DNA of 57,033 nucleotides from a virus (Duplodnaviria; Caudoviricetes): IMG/VR virus record IMGVR_UViG_3300031785_000002, positions 1 to 57,033 of that record; one strand, 5' to 3'. Shown piece by piece: positions 9,994 to 20,900 of this stretch (position 1 is its first letter; each line of letters starts with the position of its first letter). The notes under the pieces were generated by a model. It saw only the letters and a program-made list of their open reading frames with translations, ran no database searches and was not told where the DNA came from. The position numbers and the translations under genes were made by a program.

Positions 9994-11969
9994 ATATTAT
10001 TGACATCCAAGACCAGCTTAAAAACTTCTCTGAAGATCAGCTTATTAATGAGATGCAAATGCCGTCTGGCAATGCGCCTCAGTTTCTTGTTTTAAGTGAG
10101 ATTCAGCGCCGTAAACGTGTAAGAGATGACTTTTCAAAGCGTAAGGCCGCTCAACAGCCTACGGTGGCTGAGGAGGCAATCGCCGCCGCTGGTGTGCCGC
10201 AGTCTGGTATTGCTGGTATGTCAGAGGCCATGGCCCCGAAAAGTACCATGGTACAAAATGCTGTAGGCTCTGCAATGCCAGAGGCCATGAGGTCTGGTGG
10301 CTTGATGCAGTTTGGAAATGACATTCAAAAAAGCATTAGCTCACAAGAGGTAGACCCCTTCCTTGATGAGGTCGAGGACATGGCTGAGTCACGCTTCGGG
10401 GTAGACTTTAATGAGTCGCCTAGATTTGGCCTAAATATAGATCAGCGTCTAAGGCCAGCCATTGGGCTTCCATTTATTAATGACCCAATGCCTTACATAG
10501 ACGCCCCTTTTGAAAGGGAAAGCCGAAGAATGCCAGTTAAGGGTGGCCCACGGAACGCTTTACAGCCGCCTGAGTTTACAAACTATTTGACATCACCCAT
10601 GATAGCTTTTGAAGAGGGTGGGTTGATACGCGCTCAAGACGGTATTCCTCGCGGCTTACGGCTAAACAATCCCGGAAACATTAGGCCGGGTGCTGGCTTC
10701 TTTGGTGAAATAGGCGATGATGGCGGATACGCTAAGTTTGACTCAGATGCTGCTGGCATAAGAGCCATACAACGTCTTCTTAGAACTTACGGAAATCAGT
10801 ACGGCATAAACACGCTAAGAGGATTGGCGAATAGATATGCCCCACCGTCAGATAATAACCCTACAGATAACTATATAGAGTTTCTTTCTCAGAAAACTGG
10901 CATAGACCCAGATGAGCCAATAAATCTTGCTGAACGTGGCGCTGATATTATCCCTGCTATTATTGGTTTTGAGCAAGGTCAACAGCCCTTCTCCCAAGAC
11001 ATGATTAATAAGGCGATTGGCGCGGCACAGTTTGATGAAGAAGAAGACATAAAAAGCGCTCTTTTCCCTCAAGAGCTTATAGATGCTGGTGTTTCACCGT
11101 CTGATTTAGCTCAAGCTGACCAAAGTCCGGGTCTTATGTCTGCGATGGCGGCAACAAGTGGCTCAAGCCCAACGCCCCAACAAGACTATCTAGCAGGTCA
11201 GTTGTCAGATGGGCCATTTGACGCAGAGGGCAGAAAACGAAGACAGGCTCCAAACCGTGTAGAAACAGACCCCAAAGGTTCGGGCGGAAGAAATGACCCT
11301 AAACGCGAAGCTCCAGACCCGAACAGGCCACCAGTGATTCTAGAACCGGGCGATACTACAAAAGGGCGCAATATAGGTAGAAAAGACTCTCGCATAGAAG
11401 ATTTAAAAGCTGCAAGAAAACTGGCAGAAGACAGAGCAGCAGCGGCTGCGAAAGCGGCGGAAGAAGAGGTTACTGAAGAACCAACAACAACAGACCCAGA
11501 GCCTCCCAAAGAGCCAGATGCTCCCAAGACATCAGGGCTGTCTTCTATTGAAGAAGAAATAATTGCCCTTCAAAAACAAATGCAGAAAGACAGAGAGTCA
11601 GATAAGTGGCTTGCTATCGCACAGGCTGGTCTAGCGTTAATGTCCTCTAACAATCCTACACTTCTTGGTGCGGCTGGAGAAGCTGGCATTGAAGGGCTAA
11701 AGGCTTTCCGTGAGGCTAACGATAGATATCAAGAAGGCGTGATAGACTTGCTTAATGCCCGCTCTAAACTTGCCAAAAACAAAACAGGCTTGACTCAAAA
11801 TCAAGCAAATAAGTTGGCAGTTGATTATGAGAAAATTGCAAACGATATGTCGGTTGATGAGCAAACTAGAATCCGCGCCAGAATACTGGCAGAACAGTTA
11901 AGAATGCAAGGCGGTCTTGGTATGGGCTTGATGGCAGGTAACTATGATATAGCCACACCTAGTTCCTAG
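9990..11969 (+). CDS. ejection protein with lysozyme-fold (transglycosylase-like) domain
   Basis: RGLRLNNPGNIR...F.S...GIRA...LL..Y...RYAPPSDNNPT..Y motif at about 10650-11030. Confidence 0.7.
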   Translation: MNIIDIQDQLKNFSEDQLINEMQMPSGNAPQFLVLSEIQRRKRVRDDFSKRKAAQQPTVAEEAIAAAGVPQSGIAGMSEAMAPKSTMVQNAVGSAMPEAMRSGGLMQFGNDIQKSISSQEVDPFLDEVEDMAESRFGVDFNESPRFGLNIDQRLRPAIGLPFINDPMPYIDAPFERESRRMPVKGGPRNALQPPEFTNYLTSPMIAFEEGGLIRAQDGIPRGLRLNNPGNIRPGAGFFGEIGDDGGYAKFDSDAAGIRAIQRLLRTYGNQYGINTLRGLANRYAPPSDNNPTDNYIEFLSQKTGIDPDEPINLAERGADIIPAIIGFEQGQQPFSQDMINKAIGAAQFDEEEDIKSALFPQELIDAGVSPSDLAQADQSPGLMSAMAATSGSSPTPQQDYLAGQLSDGPFDAEGRKRRQAPNRVETDPKGSGGRNDPKREAPDPNRPPVILEPGDTTKGRNIGRKDSRIEDLKAARKLAEDRAAAAAKAAEEEVTEEPTTTDPEPPKEPDAPKTSGLSSIEEEIIALQKQMQKDRESDKWLAIAQAGLALMSSNNPTLLGAAGEAGIEGLKAFREANDRYQEGVIDLLNARSKLAKNKTGLTQNQANKLAVDYEKIANDMSVDEQTRIRARILAEQLRMQGGLGMGLMAGNYDIATPSS

Positions 11970-11980
11970 AGGAGTTTTAG

Positions 11981-14900
11981 ATGGGGCAATATTACGTTCA
12001 GGGTAGCTCTGGTAAATACTACTCTTTTAATATATCTGGTCAGTCTCCTAATGATGCCGAGCAAGGCAAGATTCAGCAGATTCTTCAGCAAAACAATGAT
12101 TCATTGATTGGTGGTCAGCCCACCTCTGAAGAGAAGGGCGGGTTTGGCGCGGCTCTTTCTGGCGGCATAGACACGCTACAGCTTGGCTTTGGCTCTGCTA
12201 TAGAAGGTCTTGGAGAGTCAACTGACATAGACTTTCTGAAAGAATATGGCAAAGAAGTTGTAGAAACAAACAAACAACAACTTGCCGACAATGAACAGTA
12301 TCGAACCAGAATAGATGACATAACTGGCGTTGGCAGTGCATTGTCATTTGCTGGTCAAGCCATAGTTGAGCAAGTTCCCCAGATAGGCTCAACGCTTGCT
12401 GGTGCATATGCTGGCGCTAAAGTAGGCGCGGCTCTTGGCCCAAAGGGGGCAATAGTTGGCGGTATAGCTGGCGGTGTAAGTGCAAACCTTCCATTCTTTT
12501 ATGGCATGAACCGTGAGGCTCAAAAAGATGTAAGCCCTGTAGTTGATGAAGGTATTGCGGCCCTTACAGCCATTCCTCAATCTATATTAGATTTTATTGC
12601 TGACCGGATTGTGGTTGGCGCAATATTTACGCCAAAGTTTATAAATGGTGGGGGAATATTTAGCAGGATTGCAAAAGGCGCTGGCGCTGGTGCGGCGGCT
12701 GAAGTTCCAACAGAGCTTGGTCAACAAGTTCTTGAGAGACTTCAGGCTGGCAAAGAACTTGCAAGCGAAGAGGCAATTAAAGAATATCGTGATGTAGCAA
12801 TCACCGCTGGCCTTGTCGGCGGAAGTATTCGCGGTACATCAAACCTTATCGCAGGGGACAGAAACAAGAAAGACCATGCGGAAAAAACACGCCAGCTAGA
12901 TGAGGATTTCAGAGAGCTTCAACAAGAAGTTCACGGTAATGCCGCGCTTGGCCTGAAGAAGAAAAACGAATTAGCCCCAGACCCATCTGTTAAATCAGAA
13001 GTTATTAAGCAGGGCAATCAAGTAGAGGCACAGCAACAGGCAATTTTAAAAGCTCAAGAGGCCGCTGTTGCTGGAACATCAAGGCTGAATTTAAAAAGAC
13101 TCTCTGAAGAAGAGCAGTCTACATTGGGTCAGTACAGGCAGGCGATTGGCTCATCACAACGCCCCTTTACAACTGTTGCAGAACTCAGAGATGCTGGCCT
13201 TACTGATAGAGCGGATTCAATACAGGAACAGCAACTTGGCGTTCTCAACGCTAAGATGGAGGATAGGGCCACAGTAAAACATAAATTTACTCAGGCTCAA
13301 TATGACGCGGCTGTAGAAAGAGTGAAGAGGGATGGGGTGGCAGAAGTTGCCAACATCAGAGACGCCGCCAAAACAGAAAAGGGAAACAAGCCAGCAGAGT
13401 CAGTTGCGGAATCAATTCGTGATGAGATGATTGCCAATAGGGTTATTAAAAAAATAAACAACTCTGAGTACGTTCCCCTGTCGGAAGAGGACGTAGCGGC
13501 AGACCCAGCCACTGAGCTTAGAGCGTTGCTATCAAGAGAGCAGAAGAAGCTAGAGTCTAAAAGAAAAGCAAAAGAAGATATGAAGGAGCGCCAACGCGCC
13601 CTGCTTCAGTCTTGGGATGGCTCGTCACCACAAGAATCGGCTTTGGAAGTTACACAGAAAGAAGACGCTCGCATAGACAGTGATATTGCTGTTTCTGAAA
13701 AGACAGTAAAGAACATACAAAGACAGATTGACTCTATAGACGCAAGAAGTGGTGCGGCTGGTCAACTTGCTAAACAAACCTTTACTGCCGAAGACTCTAT
13801 GCTTGCTTTACGAGCCGCTCAAGAAGCATCTAAAGCAAAGCCACGGGCAGAATACGAGACTCGCAAAAAAGAAATAGCAAAAAAGATAGAGAGCTATGCA
13901 AAGAAAGACCTTGGGCTAAAGGGCTTCAAGTTTTCTTTTGAAGACGAGCTTGGCGGTTCAAGGCCGGGAACTGTAGGGCAGGGTTACTATGACCCTAAGC
14001 AAAAGCTGATTGCTATTGCTGTCGGAATATACGACCCGAATATGAGTGACGCTGATTACATAGCTCGCTTAAAGGGTGTGATGAACCATGAGGTTATCCA
14101 TGCACTGCGCGATGCCCGACTGTTTACAGATGCAGAGTTCCAAACTTTAGTCAACGCCGCAAATAAAAGAAAAGTGACCGTTGTTCGCAATGGCGAGAAC
14201 GTACAGCGTGATTATAACTTTGTGGACAGAGCGCTTAAATTAAACAGAAGAAGAGATGGGGAAACAGATGCTCAGTTCACAGCTAGGGTAAACGAAGAAG
14301 CTGTAGCGGAAATGTTTAGGTCATACGCTGACGGCAGACTGAAGGTGGCTGGCAAGCCCCTGTCTCTGTTCAAGAGGATTATTAATTTCTTCTTAGGTGT
14401 AAAGTCTGCACATATTGACACAGGCTTTGATAGCGTTGATGCAATATTTGAAGACATCAAGACAGGAAAGATTGGGAGCAGAAGTCAAACAGACCTAGAA
14501 GGGCGTGTACGCAGAAGAGGTGACCCTGTGCAAGAGGCCGTAGATGAGTTGGCTATAGAGTCAGCATATACTGCCTTTGATGCAGATGACCCAGAAGACT
14601 ATGTTGCAATGTCCGTGGCTGACAGAGACTTCTCAGAGGTTGGCGATGTCAGTATTTTGCCAGATGAAGCCCTGCAAAACGCACAATTCATCAGGGCAAA
14701 CAAGCAAAAATCCACCGACCAAAAGAAAATCATGGGCAAGCTGTTTGCCAATAGAGATTTAGACGATGGTACAATAGTTTCTATTAGACCAAATCTAAAT
14801 GGATTTATAGAGGGCGATAATGGGCGTTTGCAAATGACCCAAACCGTCCATGAAGGGCGTAACTACAGCACGGCACTTGGCTATGACATATTTGCGACTG

Positions 14901-17900
14901 TGAGCAATCCTGAGATGCTGGTAAGCCCAGCAAAAAGAAGAGATATCTATAACGGAGAAACACCTAAAGGGGCAAAGCAAGACAAAGTTCCAATGGCTAG
15001 TGGCTCTGGTGGCTATGTCAACATGACAAGGGGTGAGGCTGAGTTAATTATCAACAACCCAGACCATGTTCTTTCTTTCAACCCCGGAAGCAAGAAGCGT
15101 GAAGTTGTAGGACATCACCTATTCGTTGACGAGAAGGGCTATGCTGTAGAGAAAGTTGACGGCGTTGGCGTACACTTTGGCGGGAAGATATTTGTTAAGG
15201 GCAAGCTCGTACATTACACAAGCGAGAACGCTCCTCAACCTCTTGATGGCCTGCCCACATCTGTAAAATATATAGACAATTCTGAGAAAGACTTTTCGGA
15301 AGTCTTCTCACCTGAACTGCCAATGGCACAAACAGACAAAGTTGGTGTAATAGCTCACAAGCTACCAAAAGAACTCTTGGTGCAAGGCACTGGAGAAAAG
15401 GCAACCATTCCTGTGCCGCAGGCATTTACGCCAAACAACAAAGGCACTGTGTTTAACAACATTGACAGGCTAAAAGAAAAGCATCCAGATGCCATGTCAT
15501 CTGCACAGGCGTTTATGAGAATGCAACAAGATGCCATGGGTGGAGAGTTCGTACCCCTGCCGCCACTAAACGCAATTAATTATGCCAACGACCCAATGCG
15601 TATGGCGGCTAAGTTACGTCAGCTTACTCCAGAACTTAAAGCTGGGGTTGACGAAGGATTTTCATACGTTAGTCAAATTAAATCTTTGTACGACTCAGGC
15701 CAAGCAACGCCGGAGATGACCCTAAAGTTATTCTTGTGGGGTATTCTTTCTCGTGGCGCAGGCCCAGTACAGCAAGAGGCCGCTTATATTGACATTGTTG
15801 AGGATGCCACGCCCCTTATTAAAAAAGCTGGGCGAGGTTTTTTTACACAGGATGACATAGACACTTGGAAAAGAACCGTTAAAAAATATCTTCCTGCTGG
15901 CTCTCCGGGCCGTCAGGTTACAATGAATGTAAACGCCGCTGGAAAGCTCATGTTTGAGATGTCCAAGCGCTCTCCACAAAACAATAATATTACCGTTGGT
16001 GAAGAAATACATCAGCTTATGCTGAACAACAATGTCAGTGGGCGTGCAGTGCGTAGAGCGTTTTTATCTCTGACCAATAAAGCTGGCATTGACAACAAGG
16101 TTGTCTCCTTTGTTCTTTTAGTCGGCGGCAAGACCGACCTTCTTATCATGGACAGGATTCAAACTAGCAATATGTTTGATGATGGGCGATTTGGTGGGGC
16201 TAATTTGTACGATGGTATATTCTTAGGAACATACAATCAGAAAAACGGCAAGCCATATAACGATGGACTTGCAAAGCTCTTAATAGGCCCACGCGGCTCT
16301 CTTGTGACTGAGTTTATGGAAGATGGCATAAGGCCAAATGTTGAACTTGCATACGGCATAGTGGGTAGGCCAGAGGACGCAAGCCTTGGTAGATTTCACT
16401 GGGAAAGCTGGGTGATTGAGGGTGAACAGGTAGTTAATCACTCTACCCTTGCCGCAATAGCAGAGAACAATCCTGTTGGTCATGCTGTTACAGAAGGCAA
16501 GCCGTTTACGTTTAGTTCTGGAATGACATACAGAAGAGCGCCTAGTGGTGCAGTTGTAGAGTATCCGTTAAGTGATGGCTCTCCTGTATTTATGACCCCA
16601 ACAAGATTTAAAGCATTTACAAAAAGACTATCCGATAAAGGAGTAAAAGACGGCATATATCCACAAGGGTTCAAGGTTAGTGACGCAACTGCACAGCCGT
16701 GGTACACTCTTCCAGAGGTTAACAGGAGTAAGTTAGATGAAATCGCAAAACAATTCGAGAACGCAAGACCCAATGGAAGTCTTCGTGACGGCACTGAGAG
16801 GGCTGGAAAAGACACCGTTACCATTAAGCGAGGCGACGGAAGAAAGCCTGAACGAACAGACGGAAGAGACTTCTCCTCAGTCCCAGCAGTCGAGGGACTA
16901 AATACCCTCAAAGACTTTATCAGAAATAATCCTGATGGCTACACATTAAACTCTCAAGGTGTTCTTATTCCACCGGGAACTCCTGACTCAGGAATTGCCG
17001 TAGCACCTATTAAAGCGGCAGAACTAATTGTTGGGCCAGATATACCATTAGAGGTTTTGAGAGAGTACGTTGAAAACGCTAAGTCAGTTTCGGAAGTATT
17101 AGACCAAGAAGTCTTTTTAGGCGGATGGCTTAATGAAGCGGATAATCAGTATTATCTTGACAATGCGATTTTAGTGAGGGATAAGGTAGAAGCGTTATAT
17201 ATTGCTGAAGCGGCAGAGCAAGAAGCTATTTATGATTTGACAGTGCCGCCATACGGACAGGAGATAGTCACCAATGAAGGAATCAAACAACTCCAAGAAA
17301 CCGGAATTTATCGGGATAACATCGCAGAGCGATACAGACGAGGTATTGACGAAGCTAGTCGCCTCTTTAGAAAGTCAAGGCTTTCGAATCCAGAACAAGG
17401 AAGAGTTGAAAGAGCAAGAGACGCAGACCTCTTAGACATCTTTTCTCAAGACGATGCGTTTACAGAGCGTCTGTCTCAGGACGACTTGCAACAACTGCAA
17501 GAAGTTCAAGAATTATTTTCCTCTATTAATGAATCTCCTCGCGACTTTATGGAAGTGCCGAGCAACCCATCGGCTCCAATCGCTAACCCTGTAGCTGTCA
17601 GGGCAAGGAATCGTGGGGAAACCGTAGCCAACCCATATTTATTTGGTGTTATTGAAGACGGCGGCAGAAAGTATGCCGTGTCTTTACTTGCTGGTCAACA
17701 CGCCGAAGGTCAGTCAAGGGAGGAGCGCCCTGTTCCTACCATGGGTAGCTTTGGGCTTTATCACATCCACCAAAGAGGTCATGACAAAGAGCTTACAGAT
17801 AACAGTAAGTTCCCATCTGTAGAGGAGGCTATATACGCCACACTCCGTCAATGGGATAGACAGGGAAGGTCAGATGGAGAAGTGATTGTCATACCAGATG

Positions 17901-20900
17901 GCGGTGACTTCAACATGGACTTGCGTATGGAATGGAAAAGCCCATCACACAAATCCCCACCTCTTGTCCTGTCACTTCAGTACATAGCAAACAGAAAAAA
18001 TCCCTTTTACACTGTACGCACATTCTACCCTGAACTTTCTGACACTTCCTACAAGGGGTTGATGAAGGAAAAGAAGGTGGGCAGATTTGACGAAATGTCA
18101 GTTCCGCTTGCACCAGAAACAGTCAGGCTTGGTCAGCAGATAACAGAGAATCAGCATCACATAGTCTACTCAAAGTCCTATGATGTTTTGTCAAAGGCTA
18201 TGAAAATGATTCCGCTTGTTAGTGACCAGAAAGCGGAGGACATAACAAAAGAATTTATTATGCGCTTCCAAGACAGGATGTTGCCTGTCGGACAGATTAT
18301 AGATGAGTTGCGCTCTAAAGGGGCAAACATCACAGACGCCTTGGACACATACCAAAAAGAAAGTTTGTACCATGGTATAACTGGTGAGCGTATCAACACA
18401 GCAACTGACGGTCTTTACAAGCCAACAGCAGAGCTAGTGTCAACCTTAGATGTAGACGCAGATTTTGATGCGCTTGATTCTGAGTTTGCTAAATATTCTT
18501 TTGAGACAACTGGCAGTAAGAAGGTTGCCGCCATAGAGGCATATCTATATGCGCTACACGCAAAAGAAAGAAACGAATACATACGAACTATAGACCCAAG
18601 CAATGACTCAGGGTCTGGTATGGATGATGCACAAGCTGACAGAATATTGAACTGGGAGCGCTCACTTAACGAAACAGAAAGAGCAAAGTTTTTTGAAATT
18701 AGAAGCCGTGTTCGTGACATAATAGCCGACACAAATAAAATTAGAAGAGATGCCGGGTTAATACCAGAAAACTTTGAGGAAGACCCAGCCGCTATTGACG
18801 AAGAGGGTAAAGAATTTAAACCGCCCCCTGTTTATTCTGATTATGTTCCGCTTAGAGGAATACTAGACCCGATGGGAGAGGCAAATGAAGATGCTTCTTT
18901 CGCTGGCACTGGTGGGGCTTCTTATTCAGTGAGGGGAAGAGAAGATAAAAGAGCGCTTGGTAGAGATACATACCCAACAAACCTACTTGCTGGGGTTTTT
19001 ATGCAACATCAAAACTCAATCATACGCTCTGAAAAGAATGAAGTTGCCAAGTCGTTCTTAAATTTGCTGAAGGCCAATAGAGACGGCATGGCAGATTACG
19101 CTATAGAACTAAAGACAATGCCGATGAAAAGAGGCATAGTTAATGGTACAGTTCGAGTGATACCAGACTTAACAGCTTCACAAGACCCAAGCATTTTGCA
19201 GGTTAAGCAAAATGGTAATGTTACTCGAATTAGACTAAAAGACGCACGTTTGGCTAGGGCGTTGAACGGAAGTGTGGGAGTAAGCCCGCAAACATCAAAT
19301 GCACTTACTCGTAGCTTGGGTGTACTTAACAGATATCTTTCAAACATCAATACATCTTTTAACCCTGAGTTTCTTGTCACCAATATGTTCCGTGACATAC
19401 AAACCGCTGGCGTAAACGTCAATCAATATGAACGCGCTGGTTTAACCAAAGAGGTAATGAAGAACTTTAAACAAGCCTTTAAAGGTGTAAGGGATGTTGT
19501 TCGTACTGAGGGTCAAGCATCAAACATAACAAGAGAAATGGCAGAGAAGGCTGACTTTGATATAGATAAAATATCAAATGCAGATTTGTTTAGGCTGTTC
19601 CAGATATATGGTGGACAGAACGCAACAAACATGATGTCTGACCTTGCAGACCAAGTTAATAATGTAAACAGCTTAGTTGGTGATATAGCTGAGTCTGGCG
19701 CTAGAGGCCAATGGAATAAAATTAAAAATAGTTTTGTTGGAGAGAAGACGGGTTCACTTTTAAAACTTCTTGAAGATTACAACACTGTCGTGGAAAACGC
19801 TATCCGTGTCGCAACCTTCAAAGCCCTTGCCCCTAAGATTGGCTTTCAAAAGGCCGCATTTGCCGCGAGAAACGTAACCGTTGATTTCGCAAAGGGTGGT
19901 GAGTACAAGAACGCAATGAACTCTGCGTATCTGTTCTACAACGCATCACTGCAAGGCTCGTTTGCCCTTTTGAATGCCGCAACACGTTCAGCAAAGGTTC
20001 GTAAGATTTGGGCTGGGTTGATTGTGTTTGGAATTGTACAAGACCAGCTTAACGCCGCGTTCTCAGAAGAGGATGAGGATGGTGAGTTGGTGTACGATAA
20101 AACACCTCAATACATCTTAGAACACAATATGATATTCCCAATGTTTGGATTAGGGCCGACAGAGCGCTCTGAACTTGCGATACCTATGCCGTATGGCCTG
20201 AACATGGCTGTAAACTTTGGGCGCTCACTTAGCAGATACGCCAGAGGAGCTTACACCGTTGGGGAGGCTGGCAGTAGCATAATCGGTACAGCAGTGGACA
20301 CGATTAATCCTTTGGGCGGCACAAACAACTTCTTTAACTTTGTAGCGCCAACAATATTTGACCCATTCATTGATATCTACAGCAATGAGGAAGAGTTTTC
20401 TGGTAGGCCTATTACAAAAGAGACATCGCCATTTGACCCAACTCCACCACCTGACAGTCAGCTATACTGGTCTACAACAAGTCCATCAGCCAAGTGGATA
20501 GCGGCAAACCTTAACTCTCTTACTGGCGGCAATGCCATTCAAAGCGGCATCGTTGATGTGTCACCAGACCTTTTGGAATATTGGGTTGGCTTTTTAACTG
20601 GTGGCGCTGGTATGTTTGCACAGCGCTCCGTTGACCTTGCAACTGAAACAATCCCGACCGCTCTTACAGAGGGATTTGAAGATGAAATGGTTAGGCAGAT
20701 ACCGTTTGCCAGAAAGGTATTTTATAGTGTCTCTGAAAGAGAAGACCTGAGCGGCTTTATAGAAAACAGAAACAAAGTTCTACAGGCACAAGAGTTACTT
20801 AAATCCGCTCTTGAGGCTGGTGACCCTGCACAGGCAAGAAGTGTAAGGCAAAGGTATGCAACAGAGTTGCGTATATCTGGTCAGGTAAAGGCGCTCAACA

